In this document: positions 1 through 12,900 of the stretch, one piece after another
Layout of the letters: each line of letters begins with the position of its first letter
Numbering within the stretch: position 1 is the first letter of the stretch
From: Macrostomum hystrix
Taxonomy: Eukaryota; Animalia; Platyhelminthes
Reading direction: 5' to 3'
DNA: 64,000 nt
Assembly: GCA_950097015.1 (NCBI GenBank)
Contig: CATNEN010000002.1
Span: forward strand, 9,114,001 to 9,178,000
Program-made: the position numbers and the translations under genes
The notes under the pieces: model-generated
Databases searched by the model: none
Told to the model about the DNA's origin: nothing
Seen by the model: only the letters and a program-made list of their open reading frames with translations

Positions 1-648
1 TGCCGATAATTTCGATTTTATCCACACGGATCCGTGCCGATAATTTTCTGCTTATCCACATGGCAGCTTGTATGAATAGGTCTACTTTCAAGTCCCTACG
101 TACCTATTCTAATTCTTCTCTGAGCATAAGGCTTTTGCTTCAGAGTATAGTGTATAGTGTACACTATCAATGAATAGTGTAAAAGAATAACAATGATGTA
201 TAATGTGTGACGAGTTTGGTGCTGACTAGAATTCTGCTGGTTGACTCGTATTATTTTCTTTGATAGACTTTTTACTCTTTAAGTCAATACAATTCAAATG
301 AAAACATGTTAACGATGACAAAAGATTTAGTAAGTTGTTATTAAAATAATTAAAAAGGATGACAATAATGTCAGTTAATTAATGTGTATGTAGGTCGAAA
401 TGTAGAACACTGTCGTAACACACTGGCAACTTTGTCAATCTATTGGCTCGAGGGTTCAACAAAACGTTCAAATCTGAAAGGGCCTCATTTCAAAGAACAG
501 AACCGTGTGGATAAAATTGAAATTAATGGCACGGCATATTTATATTAAGAGTTGTAGACCTATTTATACAAGCTGCCGTGTGGATAAGCAGAAAATTATT
601 GGCACAGATCCGTGTGGATAAAATTGAAATTATCGGCACGGGACCGTG
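1..648. mobile_element. Non-autonomous DNA transposon (MITE) with long terminal inverted repeats, possibly CMC/Chapaev-like; left tip about 10 bp outside the window
   Basis: 1-85 is a near-perfect reverse complement of about 554-638. The right end reads ...GGCACGGGACCGTG(648), i.e. a CACGG..CCGTG type terminus. Subterminal motif TTATCCACA/TGTGGATAA occurs 5 times (18, 52, 506, 579, 613). No coding capacity seen. Confidence 0.7.
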
Positions 649-2255
649 GGAATAAGCTCTGCCTTTACAAATATGGTAGACAATTTAAAATGAAGAAAAT
701 TATATATAGTAAAACAAATTCTAGAAATTTTGAGTGAAAATTTGAAAATTCAACCACAACCAGTTACATTATTTCTATGGTTTCTTAAAAAAGTATTGGC
801 AATATCAACCTGGTGATGAAATCATACTTTAAAAGGGCTTAGTTAATCAATCTGAATAGCAGCTTGCCTAAAACAAATTCATGGCAGTGAGTCACAGAGT
901 CCTGTTTCTTTGGTAGAGTTATGGAGATAAAAGTTTAAAAACATTGTTAAATGCTAGCTACAATATAAAAAATGTAGGCCTAACCTCATATCTATTCAGC
1001 CACCTAAGCTATCTTGACTTTAGTAGACTTTAGTATAGTCATTCCCCACCCCCAACCTCTCTTCAGCACAGCTATGGCAGTCTTAGTCCTATATTGTTCT
1101 CTTATTGTTTTTCCTATAGATAGAAATTGTCCTATTTCCTATTTCCTTTTTGCCTGGACTTTTGCTCTTTGCTATATTGGTCATGATATTAGATATATAT
1201 ATATATATATATATATATGTGTCGGGGATTTCAGTGAACATTTCAGAATAAAAATAAAAGTGAATAAAATATGAAACACATAATAAAAAACTTATGAAAT
1301 ATATAAAAAAGTTTATGTGAGTCACTGTACCTAAGAAGCTAGCAATGCCACTGCCAAAAAGACTACTTAAGTACTTTTTAATTTGGTTAATTGTCCCAAA
1401 AAATAAAAAGTATTTAGCTATCATGGGCTTGTTTATATTCAGCCTACATTGCATATTGACAAATATATAGCTTACTCCAAGCCATCTTTGTGTTCCCCTC
1501 TTTTTATTATTATATCAGAAATAAAGTTATTTAAGCCAATTTTCAAGCACCTCTATAACATTTTTAAGACTTAAAAATAGTGCTTTTAAATGTATAAATT
1601 ATAAGTATATTATCATTTGTATTTGTTTTTCTTAAGTTATCTTATTCTTATTAAAGTTTATAGCTATTAGTGCATCTCCAGATATTAAACTCAGAAAAAA
1701 ATTCCAAGCATTGGCATCTTTTTCTATTAGATATTGAGTGCACCTAGTTTACATTCTGGTACCATATAGCTATATCATAAAGTACATTGCAAAACATAGA
1801 ACTGTCTGATCTTTTCCGAAGTCCTAGTAATCCAGTTTATTTTTTCTCATTATTCACATTGCTAACAAATTATTAATTGCTTAGTGCTGTGTAGTTATTT
1901 TATGACCGAAAATGTATTAAACTAGAACCATTGTCTTCTTTGCATAAATTATTGTAATTTGGCATTGTGTTTAGCAGTGAGCTAAACCTTTATGGAAAGA
2001 CTTTCAGTAATCTAAAACGCATTTATGCGGGGAATATATTACAGTAGTGTTTAAATTTTTCTTAAAAGTATGTAAAAGCCCATAAGATTGTTTTAACACT
2101 CCACTTATTGTCCAAGGGCATCATATAAATGTGTGTAGCAGGACTATAGTAGGAGCTTGTAACCCTGTGGTTTGAACTTTGAACTGCTCATTGAGAGTCT
2201 CAATGAAATTTTCCATGAGATTTTAATGGTGTGTTTGAAATTTGATGTGAATGAC

Positions 2256-3345
2256 ATTGACATCGTCAGTAACTTTATCACTGTTGCCATGCATCAGAAA
2301 ACTGTGTGAAACTCGCAGATTTGGTCTGGAGGGCATTGGCATCGTCAGTAACTTTATCACTGTTGCCGTGCATTAGGAAACTGTGTGAAACTCGCAGATT
2401 TGGTCTGGAGGGCATTGGCATCGTCAGTAGCTTTATCACTGTTGCCGTGCATTAGGAAACTGTGTGAAACTCGCAGATTTGGTCTGAAGGGCATTGGCAT
2501 CGTCAGTAGCTTTATCCCTGTTGCCGTGCATTAGGAAACTGTGTGAAACTCGCAGATTTGGTCTGAAGGGCATTGGCTTCGTCAGTAACTTTATCACTGT
2601 TGCCGTGCATTAGGAAACTGTGTGAAACTCGCAGACTTGGTCTGAAGGGCATTGGCATCGTCAGTAGCTTTATCCCTGTTGCCGTGCATTAGGAAACTGT
2701 GTGAAACTCGCAGATTTGGTCTGAAGGGCATTGGCATCGTCAGTAGCTTTATCCCTGTTGCCGTGCATTAGGAAACTGTGTGAAACTCGCAGATTTGGTC
2801 TGAAGGGCATTGGCATCGTCAGTAGCTTTATCCCTGTTGCCGTGCATTAGGAAACTGTGTGAAACTCGCAGATTTGGTCTGAAGGGCATTGGCTTCGTCA
2901 GTAACTTTATCACTGTTGCCGTGCATTAGGAAACTGTGTGAAACTCGCAGATTTGGTCTGAAGGGCATTGGCTTCGTCAGTAACTTTATCACTGTTGCCG
3001 TGCATTAGGAAACTGTGTGAAACTCGCAGATTTGGTCTGAAGGGCATTGGCTTCGTCAGTAACTTTATCACTGTTGCCGTGCATAAGGAAACTGTGTGAA
3101 ACTCGCAGATTTGGTCTGAAGGGCATTGGCTTCGTCAGTAACTTTATCACTGTTGCCGTGCATAAGGAAACTGTGTGAAACTCGCAGATTTGGTCTGAAG
3201 GGCATTGGCTTCGTCAGTAACTTTATCACTGTTGCCGTGCATTAGGAAACTGTGTGAAACTCGCAGATTTGGTCTGAAGGGCATTGGCTTCGTCAGTAAC
3301 TTTATCACTGTTGCCGTGCATTAGGAAACTGTCTGAAACTCGCAA
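2256..3345. repeat. Tandem minisatellite, 79-bp unit, about 14 copies
   Basis: Unit CATTGGCATCGTCAGTAGCTTTATCCCTGTTGCCGTGCATTAGGAAACTGTGTGAAACTCGCAGATTTGGTCTGAAGGG; period 2261->2340 = 79. Confidence 0.95.
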
Positions 3346-5026
3346 AATAACGCTCAGCGCTAGTTAATCATAGGCTGCGCTCCTCTATTCAGAGCAGAGC
3401 GTGAGATTCTGAAACTTTCAGACAGAATTCTAATGCGCACTTAAATTCGGAATCCGCACGCAACCAGCTGGTTTGTTGTTTATCATTTCTAGCAATGCAT
3501 TTTGGCATTCCAATTGTTATTTGTTTTGCTTATTTTCTTCTGCACAAAACTTGGCACTGACGTATCTTCTCGCTGATTCACCCTCTCCCTGCAGCTCGCC
3601 AGTCTTGAGCTGATGAAGACTGGCTACTCAGACGGAGCTGGGGTTGACCAGGCTATTGTTTAGTCTTTACTCAGCCTTGCTCATTGGGGGGCTTGGTGTG
3701 GCATTTTCTCTAGCTGTGCCTCGGAGCAGCCACCCACCCCAGACCACTGGAACTGGCACTGTAGACACTGAAAACAGCAGAGTACAGTTCGAATAGGAGT
3801 CAACTAGGCTTATCTGAACCTGTCTGCCCCCTGCTCTTGCTTGCTCTGTACAAACTAACAAAAAACACGCTGAGACCTGTCCGCAGTTACGGCTTCTAGG
3901 AGCAGCTTAGGGCAGCGGCGGCCGAAAGAAGAGCAAATAGTTTTGGAGAAGAAGTTTCGCATTAGTTTTCCTAACTAATTTTGTCAATGGCTGGGGTAGC
4001 CAGTCAACTGCTGCGCACAGCTTGCTGTTTATACAGACCAGTAAATAACTTTATATAGGCTGATTGTTTCTGTGCCTGGGTCGTAATTTATAAGCATATA
4101 AAATGTTTAATACGCCTATGTTTTGTTAGGAACTACAGGAATATTTCGAGCGACAACTACAACCCATTGTAGCCTCAGGATAACAGCGTTCGTTAGAATG
4201 ACTTAAATTTTAGAGGTTGGATTCCCAACTCCATTGGAGCAATTTGTGTATTTTTTAGCGAGACACTTGAACTCCCTCGTTGCTTCAGTTCACCCTGGTG
4301 TTAATTGGTTATCGGCATTGGCTGGGTTAATGGAGGGTCGGTATGGCGTTCTTGCAGTCCACGAACTGAACAGCCGTGCGCAGCCTGGAAAATATCTTCA
4401 AGTCCTGCCGATTTCATCAGTGAATTTGAGTGAATTAACAACTGCGCACACAGTTACTGACATAAAAGGATTTCGTTAAATTTCTTAAAGGGAATTTATT
4501 GCCTGCCAACAGAGGCGAGCTGTGGGGTGGCTGACTAAACAAGCTAGACTGCTTTTCGTACCTTCATATTGGACACGAGTTGCTTCGAGTTGTGTTTCCT
4601 CCTTCTCCGACACTCGGCTTGGAAGAAATTGAACTGTAGCCAGCCTGCCTGCCTGCGCACTCAATGTACATCTGTCTGCTGTAAACTGTCTGACCCACCC
4701 GAACCCCGCAATTTCTGCTGCCACTGCTTCTCGCACCCGGCCACCCCAGCCTCCGCCTATTTCACAACAAATGAGCTAACCCGTTCGACTGAGCTATCCT
4801 GACCTTTCTCAGTCTGCCGCTGCGCTATTTATTCTTGCTTACTTGTGGTTTCTGCTTATTTATTTTTATTTTTGTCAGTTCAGCTCAGAATTAGAAATAC
4901 ACCAGCCCTTGTTAGAGTCTACAGCTCAAAGCTATTTCTTTTTCTGTAAAAAAAGTTCAATAAAATTATCCACCGTTGCAGCGATAAGTTTGAGCAGTCC
5001 TGAACACCTGGCCGCAATTAGCTGCC

Positions 5027-6900
5027 ATGGACTATCACAGCCAGATTGACATAGAAGCGCACTCTAAGGATTTGAAGCGAATTCGAGAGAATGTGCAAAA
5101 GAAAACCTTCGAGCGGTGGACTAACCGCTTCCTGACTGAGCCCGACTATCGGGTTGGCAACCTGCTGACTGACCTGCGCGATGGCCGGCGACTTATCCGC
5201 CTGGTGGAGATCCTGCAGAAGGTCAGTGACTATAGTCCTGCTTTGTGCTAGTCCTGCTTGGTTTGTGATTGGTCTTTCAAATCATGTCTGGTTTGTGATT
5301 GGTCCTTCAAATCATGTCTGGTTTGTGACTGGTCCTTCAAATCATGTCTGGTTTGTGATTGGTCCTTCAAATCATGTCTGGTTTGTGACTGTTCCTTCAA
5401 ATCATGTCTGGTTTGTGATTGGTCCTTCAAATCATGTCTGGTTTGTGACTGTTCCTTCAAATCATGTCTGGTTTGTGATTGGTCCTTCAAATCATGTCTG
5501 GTTTGTGACTGTTCCTTCAAATCATGTCTGGTTTGTGATTGGTCCTTCAAATCATGTCTGGTTTGTGATTGGTCCTTCAAATCATGCCTGGTTTGTGATT
5601 GGTCCTTCAAATCATGTCTGGTTTGTGATTGGTCCTTCAAATCATGTCTGGTTTGTGATTGGTAACTTCAAATCATGTCTGGTTTGTGATTGGTCCTTCA
5701 AATCATGTCTGGTTTGTGATTGGTCCTTCAAATCATGTCTGGTTTGTGATTGGTAACTTCAAATCATGTCTGGTTTGTGATTAGTTTTTCAAATCATGTC
5801 TGGTTTCGTGATTGGTCCTTCAAATCATGTCTGGTTTGTGATTGGTCCTTCAAATCATGCCTGGTTTGTGATTGGTCCTTCAAATCATGTCTGGTTTGTG
5901 ATTGGTCCTTCAAATCATGTCTGGTTTGTGATTGGTAACTTCAAATCATGTCTGGTTTGTGATTGGTCCTTCAAATCATGTCTGGTTTGTGATTGGTCCT
6001 TCAAATCATGTCTGGTTTGTGATTGGTCCTTCAAATCATGTCTGGTTTGTGATTGGTCCTTCAAATCATGTCTGGTTTGCCAGTTTGGCCCTTTAGTAAT
6101 CAGGTAAAATGCAGTTATTGCTAAATTTGTGTTTGCAACTCGATCGCACAGCACTTAGCCCAAAATAAGTTAGGAAAGTATATTGGCAGAAATAAGGCAG
6201 CCATTAACCATCCTCTGTACCTGGCAGGTCAGCATCGGACGGCCCAACCAGGGCTTCATGCGGGTTCAGCGGGTGGACAATGTCTCCCGCGCTCTGGACG
6301 TGTTGCGCAACACCCGCAAGCGAATCCGAGACACCCGCACTGGCCAGGTGCGGGAGGGCCCGCCAATCATTGTCGGCATCGGCAATGAGAACATTGTGGA
6401 CGGCGATGTCACTCTCACACTCGGCCTGATCTGGCAGATGATTCGGCACTACCACATCGCCATGATTGCCGAGGAGCTGGCCTCCAACAATGAGGAGATC
6501 TCAAAAGAGGCCAAGTCCATCAATGATGCCCTGCTGCTCTGGTGCCAGCAGAAAACCAAAGGCTACCCCAACTGTCACATCCAGGTGAGACCCGATTCAT
6601 TAGTGCCTGAATGTTCCCCATCCACTTGACTCCAAGACTCACTTTGCTATCCTGCAGGATTTCCACAAATCCTGGAATGACGGCATGGCCTTCAACGCCC
6701 TGCTGCACGCTCACCGGCCCGAAGCCTTCGACTACAACCGCCTGCGGCCCGCTGACAAGCTGGCCAACCTCAACCACGCCTTCGATGTAGCGAACGATCA
6801 GTTCGGCGTGGCCAAGCTTCTCGACGCCGAAGACGTTGCCGTCGATATTCCGGACGAGAAGTCCATCATCATCTACGTGACGGACCTGTACTGCGCGCTT
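5027..6900 (+). other. Tandem calponin-homology actin-binding domain of the spectrin (exons 1-3)
   Basis: ENVQKKTFERWTNRFL, DLRDGRRLIRLVEIL, LTLGLIWQMI, DALLLWCQQKTKGY, KLLDAEDVAVDIPDEKSIIIYV match beta-spectrin CH1/CH2 consensus. Confidence 0.92.
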
Positions 6901-9900
6901 AACAAGGCCAAGACTGAGGAGACGGGCTCCAAGAGGGTCACCAACTTCCTCAATGATCTCAACAAGACTGCCAGAAATGTGCAGCGGTACGAGGCCAACG
7001 TGGACGACCTGTTCGCCTGGATCAAGCGCACCATCACCTGGCTGAGCAGCCGCGACTTCCCGAACAACATCGCCGGACTGCAGGAGGAGAAGCGAAAATT
7101 CAACACCTATGTGCAGGTGGAGAAGTTTGAGAAGTGAGTAGCGAGAAAAAAATTACTTTCTATGGTTTTATTAGTATAGGCTAACTGTGTACTGGAGTCA
7201 TTTTGGTATCATATCTGCACCTCATGACTTGTTCATACGCTTCAAGTACACACTTTACTTAAATCCTTTGATTTCCAGCAAATCCGCCTATTCACTCATG
7301 AGGTTTCCAGCCAATCTACTCAGTCATACATGAGGTTTCCAGCAAATCTACTCATTCATTAATGAGGTTTCCAGCAAATCTACTCCTTCATTCATGAGGT
7401 TTCCAGCTAATCTACTCAGTCATACATGAGGTTTCCAGCAAATCTACTCCTTCATTCATGAGGTTTCCAGCAAATCTACTCCTTCATTCATGAGGTTTCC
7501 AGCAAATCAACTCATTCATTCATGAGGTTTCCAGCAAATCTGCCACGATCATGGCATGAAGATTTTTCCAAAGAAGAATACGAATTAGCTAGCACATTTT
7601 TGGATTCAAGGCTGATGGAATATATTTAATTAATCTGTTCCCGCACTGTCTAGCCTCGGTCCCTGGTTTGTGATGCAGACTCGCTATCTCATGATAAAAA
7701 AACTGCTCTACTATAGAAGGTATTTGTTCAGTAGTAATTATGTGTTCAATTCAATCATCGACTCAATTTAGCTTAGGTATTGAGTTTATCAATCACTGAG
7801 TGAAAACATTTTATATCACAAGTATTTTTCACAGTTTTTTATGTCAAATTATAGAAATGTAACTGTACTTGCAGGAATTTGACCCCATCTGGCTAACTGA
7901 GCATACAATGTGAGCTGTCTCACCTACGCCTCTCATGCTAATCAAACCGCTTATTATTATTTACCGTTGTGCCGCATTCGCAAAGCTTTAGGCCTATCCT
8001 CTGTAGATTTGCTTGATGGATGGCTCAGCGTTTCATTGCCTTTGATCTCAGATGTTCTGACACGAATGGGTGTTAACTGGCATGCTGTTCTGTAGCACCT
8101 TCCCCCTAATTCCCCTTAGTAAAGTACATTTGAGCTGCACACGGGAGAGAAAAACACCTTTTGTGACATTGCTGCTAAATGCAGAAGAGAGTTTCTAGCC
8201 TAGTTGTCAGAGAGTCGGACTCCCAATTTGAAGGTCGGGAGTTCGATTCTTGACTCAATTAAGACAAATAGTGTCTTTTTTAGCTAGACACTCAAATATG
8301 CATGGCTTGAGTTCACCCAGCTGTTAACTGAATTGAGAGTGTCCACCCCACTAGTCCATGGACAGCCGTACAGCCTTCAGATGCGCCGCGCAATATCAGC
8401 GGCAGTGCTGTCGGCTGAATGCAGTCATTAAAAGTTTTGCTTTATTGATATTTTTTCTGCATTTTCTGAACCAGCATTAACTTTGCTTGCAGTCGTGGAC
8501 TCATAATAGGTCAATTATTTTTGTTAAACTTAACCAACCCAAACTGCAAATGCAAATTAGGTTAATTACTGGCAAACAATAATGATCTCAAATGCCATAA
8601 TTTCCTATTTGAAATTGTGGCGTGCGCGCAATTCTCTTGAGCAAGGCCTCAATCTGTGTTGGGCGGAGAAATATTCTCACAAATGACCAGCTCACAAAGT
8701 ATTTTTTTCAAGATTATTCTCGTTGTTAAATAGATGTCTGTTGTTGTTTCGCTTATACCATTTTGCATGAGTATATGTATTTTGTTGGTAGCGACTTTCC
8801 TATTCGTGCTTGCAATTATGCCTGAAAATTTTTAATCCGATCTGACACCCTCTCATCCAACCTGACACCCTCTCATCCAACCTGACACTCTCATCCAACC
8901 TGACACCCTCTCATCCAACCTGACACTCTCATCCAACCTGACACCCTCTCATCCAACCTGACACTCTCATCCAACCTGACACCCTCTCATCCAACCTGAC
9001 ACCCTCTCATCCAACCTGACACCCTCTCATACAACCTGACACTCTCATCCAACCTGACACCCTCTCATCCAACCTGACACTCTCATCCAACCTGACACCC
9101 TCTCATCCAACCTGACACTCTCATCCAACCTGACACCCTCTCATCCAACCTGACAACCTCTCATCCAACCTGACAGCCTCTCATCCAACCTGACAGCCTC
9201 ATCCAACCTGACACCCTCTCATCCAACCTGACACCCTCACATCCAACCTGACACCCTCTCATCCAACCTGACACTCATCCAACCTGACACCCTCTCATCC
9301 AACCTGACAGCCTCTCATCCAACCTGACAGCCTCATCCAACCTGACACCCTCTCATCCAACCTGACACCCTCACATCCAACCTGACACCCTCTCATCCAA
9401 CCTGACACCCTCTCATCCAACCTGACACTCTCATCCAACCTGACAGCCTCACATCCAACCTGACACCCTCTAATCCGATCTGACACCCTATTGTCCAGGT
9501 TCGGTGAGCTGACAAACCTGGAGGTGCTGCTGTATGACATTCAAAATCTGCAGCGCAAGGAAGGCCATCGCGTCTATGCGCCGAAAGATGGCAAAACTCT
9601 GGAGGATCTGGGCAAAGCTTGGGCTCGACTGGAGGAGGCTGAGCAGGTGTGTTACTCTGATTTTTATACAGTTTCATTTAAAATTGAAGTAGAGTTTCTC
9701 ACCTGACTACTTGTGCCAGTTTGATAAGTATTATAGTAAAGATGTTTGCCAACTAAACAGGCGCGCGAAAAAGCACTAGTTAGCGAGCTGCTCAAGCAGC
9801 TAGAGCTGGAGAAGCGAGCCCGACACTTCACCCTGGTGATGCTGCCGGCCCGGCTGAAGACACTCGGCGAACTGAGCGCCGCCCTAGCCGACATGCGCTT

Positions 9901-12900
9901 CAATGAGGACAGCATGAAGGACATCGAGGATGTCTGGGAGCGCCTTGTTGGCATCCAGAGCGCCATCCTCAACCAGAAGGAGATCCGCTTCGAGCCATTC
10001 TACCAGGCCGCTAGGCGGCTCATCGAAGAGAATTACAACGACAAGGCACGCATCGCCGAGGCTCGCGACGATGTTCATGCCAAGTGGGACCAGCTGATGG
10101 AGGCCTTCAAAGCCAAGGATGCCGTGATTCGTCCCTACGCTGACATTGTCGCCATCACCAAGGAGGTTGACGCGCTGCGCACCCAGCTGCTGGTGATGCG
10201 CGAGTCGCTGCCAGCTGGCCAGGACGCAGGAGCTCAGCTGTACGACGCAGAGGATTTGCTGGCTAGGCACAAAATCTCCGAGCAGGTGAGCGGGATGAAG
10301 CGAAAAACACTCTATTGCGGTTGCTCTCCCCTAAGCAAAAAGCTCCTAGTCTCCTTCCTAGCGAGCGTGGGCGGAGTCATAAGGTGTTTGGGCGGAGATC
10401 ATAAAGATTGTAAGCAAAGTCATAGAGAGTGATCGGATATCATTGTGGGCGGAGATAAATAGGAGCTTGGGGCGGAGATCATTCAAAGCGTGGGAGGTGG
10501 TCATTCAAAGCGGGGATTATAAATATCGTGGACGGAGTCAGGGAGCGTTGGTTGAGAAACGTCATACCAATTCTGCTAATTATAGCCGTGATAAAAGTAA
10601 ATTATCAGTGATCATTTTGCTTTGTTCCCAGGAGCTCCTGGCCGTGCATGACCAAATCGACCGGTTAAACAGCCGCGCCCAGAAGCTGTCCACCGGCCGC
10701 TCCAAGGGCACCCCGGCAATGACTCTCAGCCGCAACCTGTTCGCCCTGGAGGAGGAATATCAGACCCTCATGAAGCTGTTCGCCGACCGGCGCGCCGACC
10801 TTGAGCTGAGCCGGGACTATTATCAGTTCCTGCAGAGCTGCGAAGATGAGGAGGCCTGGCTGGCCGACAAGCGCTCCGTCCTGCAGGCTGACGTCACCTG
10901 CAAGGATCTGCGATCGGCTCGCAAGATGATCAACCGGTTGAAGGTTGAAGAGGCCGAGCTGTCGCATCGTCGGACGGTGAGACACGGAGAATGTGCGGAA
11001 GTTCGTAGGCAGAAAGTGGGCCAAGGTCACAGTGAGCGTGGGCGGAGGTTTTAGAGTGAGCGTGGGCGGAGGTTTTAGAGTGAACGTGGGCGGAGGTTTT
11101 AGAGTGAACGTGGGCGGAGATTTTAGAGTGAGCGTGGGCGGAGGTTTTAGAGTGAACGTGGGCGGAGGTTTTAGAGTGAGCGTGGGCGGAGGTTTTAGAG
11201 TGAGCGTGGGCGGAGGTTTTAGAGTGAACGTGGGCGGAGGTTTTAGAGTGAACGTGGGCGGAGGTTTTAGAGTGAACGTGGGCGGAGGTCATCGAGGGAG
11301 TCTTGGCGGAGGTTTAGAGGGAGTGTGGGCGGAGGTTTAGAGGGAGTGTGGGCGGAGGCCATAGAGTGAGCGTGTGTGGAGGCCATAGAGTGAGCGTGTG
11401 TGGAGGCCATAGAGTGAGCGTGTGTGGAGGCCATAGAGTGAGCGTGTGTGGAGGCCATAGAGTGAGCGTGTGTGGAGGCCATAGAGTGAGCGTGTGTGGA
11501 GGCCATAGAGTGAGCATGGGCGAAAGTCATAGTGTGAGCGTTGGCGGAGGTAAAATATTTAAGTCTTTGTTGTGGTCATAAACTTTTATACTTTTTTTCG
11601 AAATGTGAATCTCAGCTGTCTGTTTGCGAATCTCCAGGTGAAATTCGCTCACCTGTGCGCAGCCGGTGACGAGATGCAGCGCAGGCTGGCAGCCAGTCCA
11701 GACAAGCAGAAGGCCATCAGCGCCCGCCTAGCCGCCCTGCGCAAAGACTGGGAGAAGCTGCAGCAACTGCTGAAGGCGCACCAGGTCAAGGTCACCGACA
11801 TCTTCGAGGCGCAGCAATTCTACGCGGCGGCAAACGAGGCCGAGGACTACATGAACGGCCTCATGCCTGTGGTGCGCAGTCGCGACCTTGGCCAGGACGT
11901 CGGCTCTGCCAGGGCCCTCCTAAAGCGCCTCGGCTACCTGCGCCAGGAGCTGGATAATTTTGGCCGCGGTGACAATGGCGAGCTCATTAACCTGCACCGC
12001 ATGGCCACCCTGCTGACTGAGGCCGCGGACAAGCACAAAATCGACGCCGCCAAGGTTGGCGAGGCCGCTGCTCAGCGCACCGATGCCGCCGATGCCGAAG
12101 AAGAGGAAGAAGACCCGCTGGTGTCCGTGGAGGAGCCCTACGAAGATACCGTGACCGAGACTCGGGTGGAGGACGCCGAGGAGACCCGCCGCGTGCAGCG
12201 AGTCATGGTCAACCACGCCTACCAGGTATATGAGGGCCTTAAAGTTGCACTTGTCACCCTGAACTCACCCACCTGAACTCGTCAACCTGAACTCACCGAC
12301 CTGAACTCTCCCGCCTGAACTCACCGACCTGAACTTTTCAATCTGAACTCTCCCGCCTGAACTCTCCCGCCTGAACTTGTCAACCTGAATTCTCCCACCT
12401 GAACTTGTCAACCTGAACTCACCGACCTGAACTTGTCAATCTGAACTCTCCCGCCTGAACTTGTCAACCTGAACTCACCGACCTAAGCTTGCCAACCTGA
12501 ACTCATTCACCTGAACTATTCAATCTGTAATCACCTGCTTGAAGCAGCACTTCCTTCCGCATTAACCAACTGTCCGCAAACCCTTCCAGGCCAGGGACCC
12601 GAAGCAGCGAGATCTGAGCGCCGAGAAAGGCGACATTTTTGAGCTGCTACAGAAGACAAACAATGACTGGTACTCAGTACGAGATCTAGACACCAACAAG
12701 CGTGGCTTCCTGCCTGCCATCTACCTGACCGAAATCTCGCCAGCCACCGTCACTGTGCGGGTGCCAAAGACTGTTGAAGTGCAGCGCAAGGTGGCCAAGA
12801 CCCGCATTGTGTACAAGCGCGCCTCCGAGATCAGCGGCGGTGCCAAAGCCGCGGCCGGCAAAGGCGCCAACAGCGCCGCCGGTAGGCGAAAGCGGGCCGC

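Noticed and set aside
18-621. Five TTATCCACA motifs identical to the bacterial DnaA box
   Set aside because: They are symmetric subterminal repeats within the TIRs of a MITE in intron-containing eukaryotic DNA; there is no bacterial gene context
1192-1217. (AT)n microsatellite and overlapping ORFs 1014-1454
   Set aside because: An ordinary dinucleotide repeat in AT-rich intergenic DNA; the ORFs have no recognisable homology
3599-3623. CTGATGA inside a hairpin (CCAGTCTT..AAGACTGG) as a hammerhead ribozyme core
   Set aside because: No matching GAAA core or three-way junction was found; it is only a simple stem-loop
5181-6154. Long ORFs in repeats (also 10930-11581, 22139-22466, 24655-25462, 26340-27075, 28242-28682, 29258-29740, 37365-37855, 55407-55805)
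   Set aside because: They are translations of stop-free minisatellite units inside introns or intergenic DNA, with no domain or splice support
8190-8260. Functional tRNA gene (also the fragments at about 21400, 23130 and 54000)
   Set aside because: A/B boxes are present but no complete cloverleaf or acceptor stem; treated as SINE-like remnants
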